From NCBI GenBank assembly GCA_964427735.1, contig CAYRUS010000002.1, positions 67,734 to 131,733 of the forward strand: 64,000 nucleotides of DNA, given 5' to 3'. Below are positions 48,311 through 57,352 of the stretch, in pieces. The translations under genes and the position numbers were made by a program. This stretch comes from an uncultured Gammaproteobacteria bacterium (lineage in GTDB: Bacteria; Patescibacteriota; Microgenomatia; UBA8517). How positions within the stretch are numbered: position 1 is the stretch's first letter; each line of letters begins with the position of its first letter. The notes under the pieces were generated by a model. That model did not search any database, was not told where the DNA came from, and worked only from the letters and a program-made list of their open reading frames with translations.

Positions 48311-48619
48311 CTATTCTTCTGGCAAAAACGGAGACAATAAAGGTTCTTCCATTATTTTTTCCTCTAAGACTCCCTTGTAATTACTAAATACTTCCCCCAA
48401 TCGAAGAACAGCATCTTTTGCATTTTCTTCTATAATTTTCTGATCAATCTCTAGTTTTCTCATTATCTCAAGCCTAGTTTTAGTTAGTGCTATTTTATTT
48501 GCAATCTCAAATGGAGCTTTTTCTGGATCCAAAGTCAGTTCATCAACCGGGGTTAGATTTCCTTCTTCATCTTCCGGATTTATTGCATGACCGTAAGATA
48601 TCTTAGATAAAGACTTCAA
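48311..48619 (-). CDS. Hypothetical protein
   Basis: ORF track. Confidence 0.3.
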   Translation of the reverse strand: MKSLSKISYGHAINPEDEEGNLTPVDELTLDPEKAPFEIANKIALTKTRLEIMRKLEIDQKIIEENAKDAVLRLGEVFSNYKGVLEEKIMEEPLLSPFLPEE

Positions 48620-48833
48620 AAATTCCGGCTTATTGTTAGTGTATTTTTCTCTTAATGGATTAAATTATCTTTCTGGTTCAGCCATTAGCTTTACTATACA
48701 GTAAAAATAGAATATAATACCAGTACCTCATTAATCCAAGAGATTATTTGAGGGAGGTGCTGAAGGCATCGAATAGCTTACTTTTCTAGCTTCCTATGTC
48801 TTCATTCATCCAATAAAATATCTAATAAAAATC

Positions 48834-49268
48834 ATGGCAGCAAAAAAAGTCAAAACAGTAGTAAAAGTTAATTTACCTGCGGGTGAAGCATCACCTGCTC
48901 CTCCACTTGGTCCAATTTTAGGACAGCATGGTCTTAACATCATGGATTTTGTTAAAGCTTACAATGACGCAACTTCTGATAAGCGAGGAAATATTGTACC
49001 TGCTGTTATAACAATTTATGAAGACAGAACTTTTGATTTTGTTACAAAGTTAGCCCCTGTAACTGACCTAATAAAGAAAAAATTAAATATCGAAAAGGGC
49101 TCAGGGGAAGTACCAAAGAAAATGGTTGGCAAGCTAACCCAAGCACAACTAACCGAAATTGCTCAGGAAAAAATGGAAGACCTTAATGCAAATGACATTG
49201 AAGCTGCCAAAAAGATAGTAGCTGGAAGTGCTAAAAGCATGGGTGTAGATGTGGAGGAAAATAAATAA
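48834..49268 (+). CDS. rplK: 50S ribosomal protein L11
   Basis: [47 protein letters not shown]. Confidence 0.9.
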   Translation: MAAKKVKTVVKVNLPAGEASPAPPLGPILGQHGLNIMDFVKAYNDATSDKRGNIVPAVITIYEDRTFDFVTKLAPVTDLIKKKLNIEKGSGEVPKKMVGKLTQAQLTEIAQEKMEDLNANDIEAAKKIVAGSAKSMGVDVEENK

Positions 49269-49280
49269 ACTATAACTAAA

Positions 49281-50063
49281 ATGGGTAAAACAAAAACAGC
49301 AGTCATATCAGCAACCGAAGACAAAACCTCCGGCAAAGAGGCTTATGAAAAAAAGAAACAGGCTCAAAAAACAAAAGTCCCAGGCATGGGTGGTGGAGAA
49401 AGAATTAAATCAGTAGAAGGAGAAATCACAACTGACAGAGAAGCTATTGAACAAGTCGTAAGAAAAAAAGGACAAGATGGTCGAGGTAAAGCTTACAAGA
49501 ATGCCAAGAAAAAATTAGATAAAGACAAACTCTATAAACCTGCGGAGGCAGTTAAAGCAATCAAAGAAGTTTCATACACTAAATTCAAAGGCACTATGGA
49601 ACTTCATATGGTAGTTAAAAAGGAAGGAATGAGTGAACAAGTCACACTACCCCATTCTACAGGAAAAGAAAAAAGGATAGAGCTAGCTGATGAAAAAACA
49701 ATTGAAAAACTTAAAAAAGGCAAGGTTGATTTTGATATCCTTTTGGCTACAGCAGACATGATGCCAAAACTAGTACCTTTCGCCAAAATATTAGGACCAA
49801 AAGGACTCATGCCAAATCCCAAAGCCGGAACACTACTAAAAGATAAGAAGGATGCAGATAAGTTTAATACAAATAAAATCACTGTTAAAACAGAAAGAAA
49901 AGCTCCTTTAATGCACGTAGCTTTTGGGAAAATGGATCAAGACGACAAAAAATTAACTGAAAATCTCAATGCTATTTTGGATACTATTGGACGACGAAGA
50001 ATACTGAAAGCCTATGTTACCGGCTCCATGACCCCTTCAGTGAAGCTTGATGTAAATGGATAG
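49281..50063 (+). CDS. rplA: 50S ribosomal protein L1 with an ~60-aa Lys-rich N-terminal extension
   Basis: ILGPKGLMPNPKAGT signature and KLYKPAEAVKAIKE. The extension is MGKTKTAVISATEDKTSGKEAYEKKKQAQKTKVPGMGGGERIKSVEGEITTDREAIEQVVRKKGQDGRGKAYKNAKKKLDKD. Confidence 0.85.
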   Translation: MGKTKTAVISATEDKTSGKEAYEKKKQAQKTKVPGMGGGERIKSVEGEITTDREAIEQVVRKKGQDGRGKAYKNAKKKLDKDKLYKPAEAVKAIKEVSYTKFKGTMELHMVVKKEGMSEQVTLPHSTGKEKRIELADEKTIEKLKKGKVDFDILLATADMMPKLVPFAKILGPKGLMPNPKAGTLLKDKKDADKFNTNKITVKTERKAPLMHVAFGKMDQDDKKLTENLNAILDTIGRRRILKAYVTGSMTPSVKLDVNG

Positions 50064-50242
50064 ATAACCCTAATTTTTAATATATATTGATAGGCTTTTT
50101 ATTTTATCTTATAATATATTCTGTTATTTATACTATAGCTTAAAACCATGAAAGAAACCTTTAGTAAAATTAACAAAAGAAGGAAGGTGGATTTCAAAAA
50201 CCCCCCTATAATCTTGAAGATAGATATCATATATCAGACCCA

Positions 50243-50650
50243 GTGACTAGAGATAACGTAGTCGCTTTTTTTATATCCAGTTTTGTATATTCGAGAGGGT
50301 CCATTCAACTACAAAAAACTTTTTTAGAGTGGATGAGAATTAAACATAAAGTCCCATACAAAAAAATCATAAGAAATCTACTCAAGTCAGGTGGTGTCTT
50401 AAATCTACCTCATGAAGAACAGTGCTTACTCTTGAACAATTATTATAAATATAAAAATCACCATCATCGGGAAGATTATGGTAGTAAAGATGACGAAGAA
50501 TATATTTTGGACATGATCAATTCTTTCTTAGCTAGAGTGTTACTTCATGAGCCTTACTTATCCCTAAAACAATTGAAAAGGATAACATCTGCACAAGAGT
50601 TTATACAAAAAACTGAGGACTATTTTACAAAACGCACTGAAAAATCATAG
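50243..50650 (+). CDS. Hypothetical protein
   Basis: ORF track. Confidence 0.3.
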   Translation: MTRDNVVAFFISSFVYSRGSIQLQKTFLEWMRIKHKVPYKKIIRNLLKSGGVLNLPHEEQCLLLNNYYKYKNHHHREDYGSKDDEEYILDMINSFLARVLLHEPYLSLKQLKRITSAQEFIQKTEDYFTKRTEKS

Positions 50651-50698
50651 TTTGTTAATATGTGTAAAGCTGGATGTAAGCTCCTGATTTTAGGCTTA

Positions 50699-51498
50699 TT
50701 ATTTTAAACTCTCACCTAGTTGAATTAATCTATCTATATTTCTCTCTGATGGATCATATTCCGGTAAATGGCTATTTTCTTTTAAAAATTTATCCAATGC
50801 TCTTTGCGATGCTTGAATCTTTTCTCTTGATGCATTTAGCATAAGTTTATTCATAGGATCTTCATTCGATATTGGTTTGATTCCACCATTAACAATACGG
50901 TATCCAGAGGTACTTGGGAAATCGACAAATAAACCTTCAGTTAAGTGAATCAACCGATGATCATTTCCAGAAGGACGTCTAACTGCTATTACTTCTCCAC
51001 CTTTGTAATTTATTAATTGCTCTACTTCATACTTTTCATTGATAAACTCTAATAAGCTTAAGTTATGTTTGGCTCTATTAATAAGCCGATTATCTGAAAA
51101 TCCTGCTCTTTCTATGACTTCACTTTGTAATGACCCATAAACTCCTGTGTCAACATGCCAAAGAGTAACCGAATCTGCCCGAGAACCAACTGCAGAACCT
51201 ACTTCTTGAGCAAGATAATCTATTAATAACGGATGATTCCTGACCGAACTAGAAATATATAGCTGAATAATATTTTTTTCTCAATTCCATAATCTTCAGA
51301 ATACTGCCGAGCCATTCTATAAAAAGGATAAGCATCTCGCATATAGCATAGAATAAGATTGTTCTCTGGACCTCTTTTATGTACCTCTCTTAATGTTTTA
51401 TCAACCCACATACCAATTAGAGGGATCGCTACTTGCTCTACAAACTGTGGAAGTTTTTCAATTTTTGCAGAACTATTCTCTTGCTGTGGTCCTTCCAT
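50699..51498 (-). pseudogene. Single gene split by a -1 frameshift at an A7 homopolymer (coding strand; T7 at 51273-51279 on +). Frame A runs 51498..51223. Frame B is open from 51280 to 50699 with no start codon until the TTG at 50953.
   Basis: Hand translation. Frame B is open upstream of the ORF-track start for about 109 codons (about 194 codons open in total) but contains no ATG/GTG/TTG there. Frames A and B overlap exactly at GAGAAAAAAATATT. Adding one A restores a single ~280-aa ORF. Confidence 0.55.
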
Positions 51499-51523
51499 TA
51501 TAAATTTATAAATATCAAAAATA

Positions 51524-52198
51524 TTATTTTTTAAGTTGATCTTTAAGAAGAGTTAGTGTTTTAGATATATCTTCGATCAATGCCAATTGATCTTGAGGCA
51601 TACCACTATTTCTCCAAGAATCAGGGTGCCAAAATCTCAGACGTTTAACGACAATTTTTTTGTTCCTTAATTCTGTTGGGACGCTTGCTAAAGATGGGTT
51701 GCGAGAACTAGTCAAATCCCCTTGGTTTATTTTCATTATAAGTGGAAAATATTCTCTTTCTTCTAATCGGACTCGTGTGGCTTTAATTTCTTCTTCATCT
51801 AGAATTACACCTTGTTCTCTTAACGCATTTCTAAGTGAGGAATTATCTGATTCTGGTGTCCTCCTTAAAGCACCTGCAACTCTATCATCTAATCTTTTGA
51901 ATCTGTCTGCTTCGTCTCCATATATTAACTCATAGAACGACAATTCTTGAGGTTGCTTTCTTTGTTCTGGAAAAGATGATCCTGCGTCGACGCCTTCCCC
52001 ATACCAAGAATTTCCTCTTGCCTTTTTGTTATAATAATATTCATTTTTCCACCCTTTAAAAAAAGCATTAATATTTTCACCCGGATTTTCACTAAATTGT
52101 AAATCTTGATGAATTATTGAATTAAGTTCTGGAGCTGGAATAGAATCTACCATCACATATATTATAAATGACTTATTTACACACCGCAAATTTCCCAA
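51524..52198 (-). CDS. Hypothetical protein
   Basis: ORF track. Confidence 0.35.
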   Translation of the reverse strand: MGNLRCVNKSFIIYVMVDSIPAPELNSIIHQDLQFSENPGENINAFFKGWKNEYYYNKKARGNSWYGEGVDAGSSFPEQRKQPQELSFYELIYGDEADRFKRLDDRVAGALRRTPESDNSSLRNALREQGVILDEEEIKATRVRLEEREYFPLIMKINQGDLTSSRNPSLASVPTELRNKKIVVKRLRFWHPDSWRNSGMPQDQLALIEDISKTLTLLKDQLKK

Positions 52199-52215
52199 AC
52201 TATAAGTCCTAAAGA

Positions 52216-52923
52216 TTACTTATTTAATAACGGAAGACTGACATTTAAATCATGAGGTAGTTTGCCTTTATACACATTCTCATCTTCTGAAACTTTAATT
52301 ACCAAACTTGTATGATCCATACTAAATAATTTCATACTTGAGATATAAGATACCTCTTCTCTCCAATCAGTTCTTTCTCTCAAACAAAGAAAAACCTCTA
52401 GCAGTTTTGGCTTCAAAATACCATTTTCTTTAGTTCTATGCATGCCTGTGGCATTAGTAAAAACTAAAAACACAGGAAATTTATTCTCTCGCACAGGAGT
52501 TAAGAGGCTATCTATTCCTGCTTGAACCGCAGAAGCAGCTCTCCTTATTTTGTTATTTGGTATTAATGTTTTTTGGCCACTTTCACTATCAAAACTAATG
52601 TCATAGTTTCCTTTATTATCAGCCAAATAATGGTGATCTAGAATATTTGGATTAACTGTGTTGAGATATACATCAAAAAATTTCGTTATACGCTCACCTG
52701 TTAAGCCTCCTGAATATGTATCTCTAATTCCGATTTTTTCAGATACATGGAAGGCTCTTTGCTGAATTTTATCAATAATTGCAGTTCTCGATTCAGCTAA
52801 TCTTAGAACTTCAGTTTCTCTTGCCATCTCCGATAGTATATCAATTATTTCCCAAAAATAAATATGGGGTTGATTGCAATTCTTAAGATAATTTGTTAAG
52901 ATACTTTTGTCCGAAGAAAACAC
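52216..52923 (-). CDS. Hypothetical protein
   Basis: ORF track. Confidence 0.35.
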   Translation of the reverse strand: MFSSDKSILTNYLKNCNQPHIYFWEIIDILSEMARETEVLRLAESRTAIIDKIQQRAFHVSEKIGIRDTYSGGLTGERITKFFDVYLNTVNPNILDHHYLADNKGNYDISFDSESGQKTLIPNNKIRRAASAVQAGIDSLLTPVRENKFPVFLVFTNATGMHRTKENGILKPKLLEVFLCLRERTDWREEVSYISSMKLFSMDHTSLVIKVSEDENVYKGKLPHDLNVSLPLLNK

Positions 52924-52982
52924 GCGTAAAAGTAAGCCGTGTCGAGGAGTAAAAAATACTAACTAGGTATTTTAATGTATTA

Positions 52983-53004
52983 ACTCTCTTCGGAGAGTTT
53001 TTTT
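52983..53004 (+). terminator. Intrinsic terminator/attenuator hairpin (ACTCTC-TTCG-GAGAGT plus T7) in the rplJ leader, 33 nt upstream of the rplJ start
   Basis: Seen in sequence. GC-poor but perfect 6-bp stem with a UUCG tetraloop and a U7 tract. L10-leader attenuators are established in other bacteria. Confidence 0.45.
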
Positions 53005-53036
53005 GATTGACATCAATTATTTACAAATAACAATTT

Positions 53037-53558
53037 ATGCTAACCAAACAAGACAAAAAAGAACTAGTATCAAATTTAACTGACACATTTAAACAGTCAA
53101 GTGCTGTTATTTTAGTTGACTATTCCGGACTTAGTGTCTCTATGCAGCAAGAGCTAAAATCAAGATTAGCTGAGGCTGACGCTAAAATGGTTGTTGTTAA
53201 AAACACCTTGATTAAGTTAGCAGGAAAAAAGGCAGAAATTAATGACGATGCAGTCAGTGATGAAGTGCTAGCTGGTCAAACAGCTGTCATTTATACAGAC
53301 AGCGATCCTATTTCCCCACTCCAAATTCTTGCTAAATTTGCAAAAGAATTCGAAGTACCACAAATGAAAGTAGGAATTGTAGAAGGAAAATTTCAAAGCA
53401 AAGAAAATTTAACAGCTTTATCCAAACTTCCAGGAAAAGACGTTCTTTCAGCACAAGCTGTTGGAGCAATTGGAGCTCCACTTTATGGTCTTGTTAGTAC
53501 ATTACAAGGAAATTTACAAAAACTTGTGTTTATTTTAAGTGAGGCTAGTAAAAAGTAA
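53037..53558 (+). CDS. rplJ: 50S ribosomal protein L10
   Basis: MLTKQDKKELVSNLTDTFKQSSAVILVDYSGLSVSMQQELKSRLAEADAKMVVVKNTL. Confidence 0.85.
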   Translation: MLTKQDKKELVSNLTDTFKQSSAVILVDYSGLSVSMQQELKSRLAEADAKMVVVKNTLIKLAGKKAEINDDAVSDEVLAGQTAVIYTDSDPISPLQILAKFAKEFEVPQMKVGIVEGKFQSKENLTALSKLPGKDVLSAQAVGAIGAPLYGLVSTLQGNLQKLVFILSEASKK

Positions 53559-53640
53559 TTTAGAAATTAAACATCAAAGATCAAACTGGAATTTGATTTC
53601 TGATTTTTGAGTTTTATATTACCTAGCCTACCGAAAGGAG

Positions 53641-54084
53641 GTGTTCAAAATGGCAGCAGACGAAACAAAAAAAGAAGAAAAGAAAGACGTAAGTAAAAAC
53701 GTTGCAAAAATTGTTGAGGACGTAAAAGGTCTAAGCGTTCTTGAACTTTCTGAGTTAGTTAATACACTTCAGGAAGAATTAGGAGTAACAGCAGCACCTA
53801 TGGCAGCAGCACCTGTAGCAGCAGGAGCAGCAGCAGGTGGTGATGAAGCCGCAGCTGGTGATGAAGCATCTGGAGGCGGAACAGTAGTCTTGACAGACGC
53901 AGGAAGTCAAAAGATCCAAGTCATTAAAGCTCTTAGAGAAATCAATCAAAATTGGGGTCTTAAAGAAGCAAAAGAAATGACTGAAAGCACACCTGTTGAA
54001 GTTCTTAAGGATGCAAAACCTGAAGAAGCAAAAGAAGCCGCTGAGAAGCTTAAAGCAGCAGGTGCGACAGTTGAACTTAAGTAA
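53641..54084 (+). CDS. rplL: 50S ribosomal protein L7/L12
   Basis: RBS GAAAGGAGGTG. Ala-rich hinge. C-terminal KIQVIKALREINQNWGLKEAKEMTESTPVEVLKDAKPEEAKEAAEKLKAAGATVELK. Confidence 0.9.
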   Translation: MFKMAADETKKEEKKDVSKNVAKIVEDVKGLSVLELSELVNTLQEELGVTAAPMAAAPVAAGAAAGGDEAAAGDEASGGGTVVLTDAGSQKIQVIKALREINQNWGLKEAKEMTESTPVEVLKDAKPEEAKEAAEKLKAAGATVELK

Positions 54085-54108
54085 AAGTTTGACTAATTAA
54101 TAAAGAAA

Positions 54109-54134
54109 AGCTCTCTTTTTGAGAGCTTTTTTTA
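54109..54134. terminator. Intrinsic terminator after rplL (stem AGCTCTC/GAGAGCT, loop TTTTT, followed by T7). Also serves the convergent minus-strand gene.
   Basis: Seen in sequence. Confidence 0.6.
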
Positions 54135-54157
54135 TTGCTTAATTATTTAGTAATCAC

Positions 54158-54517
54158 TTATTTCGACGTTTCTTCAATAACATACATAATATCAGCTTGA
54201 AGCTGTGGCATTAAACCATTAAATTCTTCAGAATCCAAAAAACCATCTACAATTGGTTCATTTTCATTTGAATCTTCTAATTCTTCAAGTTCTTCAAGTT
54301 CATTACCCATTCTGTTTGCATTTTGTTCTTCTACTAGGTTATTTCTAAGCTCGATAAACAAATTTTTAACTGTGACAGGTAGACTGGCAAACTGTTCTCT
54401 GTATAATCTCTGTTCATCAATGGGAATATCGTTTTGTGCGTTATAAAATGCCCAATTGATTGCCTCTCTCCAGATTGAATTTAAATCAGCTAGACTTTTA
54501 CTATTTCCTTCCGGCAT
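54158..54517 (-). CDS. Hypothetical acidic protein
   Basis: ORF track. Confidence 0.35.
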   Translation of the reverse strand: MPEGNSKSLADLNSIWREAINWAFYNAQNDIPIDEQRLYREQFASLPVTVKNLFIELRNNLVEEQNANRMGNELEELEELEDSNENEPIVDGFLDSEEFNGLMPQLQADIMYVIEETSK

Positions 54518-54604
54518 TTAATATTATCTCCTTTTGGTTTAGTAATAATATTATACTACAAATATATTTCCTCCTCATTCCTTATATCAGAAATTACAAA
54601 TTTT

Positions 54605-56032
54605 TTAATTTATTAATTCTTCCAGATCAGTATCAGTAATTCCTAATTGATCTAGTATCCAAATATGTCTTGGGTTCGAGGGGTCATATTTCCCAACGCT
54701 AAATCGCATCATCTCTTCAGGGTTTTTTTTAACAATATTCCAAACGGCAATATTTCCTTCTCGATAAACAATATCTTTAGTAAAAGCTACTCCAGGTGTG
54801 GCAGAATCTGTTCCTCTAAATGTTCTCACAGTCCTGTTCCAGGCATTCAAATCGGCATACCTCTCAGCCTTTTCTTTAGTTTTACCTGCCAATAAACCTT
54901 TCATTTTGTAATACAGCTTTGTAATTTCAAATACTTGCCTAAAATCGCGCGGGGACCCATCTAATCCATATGCTAAACCTATTGAGAGATGACCAACAAA
55001 ACCAGCAAATTCATCCACTTTTCCTACAATAGTTTGTTCCCTCATCGTTGCAACTCCCTCTTCTCCACCTTCATAACGGTCAAGCCCCAATCCCAAAAGC
55101 ATTAGCCGACTTCTTTCTCCTCTATCTCTTCTTTTCGCATGCGTTCCAAGCTCGTGAACAATGAGCTGCTGGACTTTTAAGCTATCGAAACTCCTATCTG
55201 ATCGGGGGACTTTCACTTCTTTGCTCTCTTGCGAAGCTCTTATAGCTGTTGCACTAGAATCATCCTCTATTACTGTCCATCCTTGCAATTCCATTTCTTC
55301 GATAGCCTCACTAAATACATTCAATAGATCTTCAGGTTTATAAGTAGTATCAGCTTCAGGTAGAGTAATTATATTTCCAAACTCGTTTAAAGTAGTTTCT
55401 TTGGCTGTTTGAATTGTTTTATCATCGGGTAATTCAGCAATTGTAACTTCAGGCATATCAGGTAGAATCCTGATAAGCTCTTCAGCTGTACTGGATAATT
55501 CTTGATAATCTATTCCCATCTCTTCATAACTTTTATTGCTAGCTTCTTCAATAACATTGTTTGCCTGCTTTTTTAATTCATTAACTGTATAAGCAAAAAC
55601 ATTATTCGATGGTTTTCCGTATATAAACTCGGAATATCTACGAAATCGCCTCATATCACCAATTGATGCAGCTTGAAGCATTCGAAGTTCTGCAATCTTT
55701 TCATTCAATTTGGGGCGGTAGGCTTCTCTAACTATTTTATTTGTTTCCTTCATTAATAAATCCCTTTTAAGTCTAAGTAATTCTGATTCACGCTCTTGCA
55801 ACTTAGCTATATCAAGTTTTGGATAGTCCAAGGTTGGATTTTCAATTTCACCTCTGAAAAAAACTTCTCTGTGTGCATTTCTATAATCTTTATCACCATC
55901 AAAATATTCATAAGCCTCGAATCTTCCATGCTCAGAAAATCTTTCGTACCATTCGCTATCCAAGTCATTGACCTTACTAATCTGTTCTACGTTACTATCA
56001 CCATCATGATTTATTACACCTTCTGATTCCAT
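54605..56032 (-). CDS. DUF1704-like protein (flavohemoglobin expression-modulating QEGLA-motif family), putative zincin-type metallopeptidase
   Basis: LIVHELGTHAKRRDRGE (HExxxH-like) and EEGVATMREQ (QEGLA-like). Gene neighbourhood with a RimK-like ATP-grasp as described for this family. Confidence 0.45.
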   Translation of the reverse strand: MESEGVINHDGDSNVEQISKVNDLDSEWYERFSEHGRFEAYEYFDGDKDYRNAHREVFFRGEIENPTLDYPKLDIAKLQERESELLRLKRDLLMKETNKIVREAYRPKLNEKIAELRMLQAASIGDMRRFRRYSEFIYGKPSNNVFAYTVNELKKQANNVIEEASNKSYEEMGIDYQELSSTAEELIRILPDMPEVTIAELPDDKTIQTAKETTLNEFGNIITLPEADTTYKPEDLLNVFSEAIEEMELQGWTVIEDDSSATAIRASQESKEVKVPRSDRSFDSLKVQQLIVHELGTHAKRRDRGERSRLMLLGLGLDRYEGGEEGVATMREQTIVGKVDEFAGFVGHLSIGLAYGLDGSPRDFRQVFEITKLYYKMKGLLAGKTKEKAERYADLNAWNRTVRTFRGTDSATPGVAFTKDIVYREGNIAVWNIVKKNPEEMMRFSVGKYDPSNPRHIWILDQLGITDTDLEELIN

Positions 56033-56047
56033 AATATTTAGATATTT

Positions 56048-57346
56048 TTACTCACTCTTTTTAATTGGATCTACCAGAAACCCTGCTAAGTCACGTCTAC
56101 CAATTATTAAATCGTATTTTAGCCTTTTTCTGTTTGCAACACCTGCTGTTGTATTAATTTTTTTACCTTTTAACCAAAATGTAATATCAATAATTGGCCT
56201 TTTTTGTATTCCCAATGAGCTTTTAACTTTCTTGTGCCATAAAACATTATCTTCTTCCAATAATCCCAATTCCCTAGCAAGGCTCCTGTCGATCGAAGAC
56301 CTCCACGCTCCTGTATCTATTTTTGCTTTTATTTTTACCTTTTTACCCGTTTTCTTGTTTCTAACCTTAACTTCTTCAAAAATTCTTAAGGTTTTTACTC
56401 CCTCTTCAGCTCTTACCTTGTCAGCAAAAGGACCGGAAAACAATGCCTTGGAAACTTTTATTCCATGATCGGCATCAATTATTTCAAGATCTTCAATTCT
56501 CTCTAGTCTTCGCCTTAATCCTGCAGAATTGGCTAGCTGAATAGATAAACCTGGCTGGTTATTAATTTCCAGTACCATTGGACCTTTACTAGGATGCAAA
56601 ACAATATCTGCTCCTAAATATCCAAGTCCTGTAACGTCCTGACATCTTATGGCTATTTCTAAGATTTTGTTCCAATGAGGAATCTTAATTCCATGTAGTT
56701 TTCTTTTTGTCCCTGGTTTGTATTTTATATATTCACCATGCAAAATTGCTTTTGTAGTAATTCCAGTAGCAATATCAATACCGGCTGCTATTGCCCCTTG
56801 ATGCAAATTTGCTCTACCACCTGATTCTTTTGTAGGCAACCTAAGCATAGCCATGACAGGTACTTTATTAAAGACAATTACACGGATGTCAGGAGTTCCT
56901 CGATAAGAATACTTAATTAATGATTTATGCCTGCCTACAAATTCCTGAAAAATAGCAATATCCGGAACATTATTAACAGAATGAGCTCCTTCCATTATGT
57001 CTAAAATATGCAGCTTAAGATCTTCAATTGTTATTCGTCTTCGCTGAGTTGTTATCCACCCCTCTCCTTTTTCTGCTTTTTTCTTTACTACAATAATCCC
57101 TTCTCCTCCAAGACTTTTGCTTGGTTTGAGTACAAACGACCCAGGGAGATGTTCCCAATCAAATTTTTCAATATCTCTAGGCTCTTTTAAAGTCGCATAA
57201 ATTTCAGGCGTTGGTATTCCTGCCTTTTTTAGATATTTGTAGGTCAAAATCTTTGACTGTGCGATCCTTTTGCCTTTTGCACTATTGTATTCAGATGTAT
57301 ACAGAAATGAACGTGCATTTAACCCTAGTATTGAAGATGCTTTCAT
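56048..57346 (-). CDS. RimK-like ATP-grasp peptide ligase fused to a C-terminal retropepsin-like (DUF785-type) aspartic peptidase domain
   Basis: ATP-grasp motifs VLKPSKSLGGEGI, DIRVIVFN and GADIVLHPSKGPMVLEINNQPGL. C-terminal AKIDTGAWRSSID (DTG). Confidence 0.75.
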   Translation of the reverse strand: MKASSILGLNARSFLYTSEYNSAKGKRIAQSKILTYKYLKKAGIPTPEIYATLKEPRDIEKFDWEHLPGSFVLKPSKSLGGEGIIVVKKKAEKGEGWITTQRRRITIEDLKLHILDIMEGAHSVNNVPDIAIFQEFVGRHKSLIKYSYRGTPDIRVIVFNKVPVMAMLRLPTKESGGRANLHQGAIAAGIDIATGITTKAILHGEYIKYKPGTKRKLHGIKIPHWNKILEIAIRCQDVTGLGYLGADIVLHPSKGPMVLEINNQPGLSIQLANSAGLRRRLERIEDLEIIDADHGIKVSKALFSGPFADKVRAEEGVKTLRIFEEVKVRNKKTGKKVKIKAKIDTGAWRSSIDRSLARELGLLEEDNVLWHKKVKSSLGIQKRPIIDITFWLKGKKINTTAGVANRKRLKYDLIIGRRDLAGFLVDPIKKSE

Positions 57347-57352
57347 ATCCCT

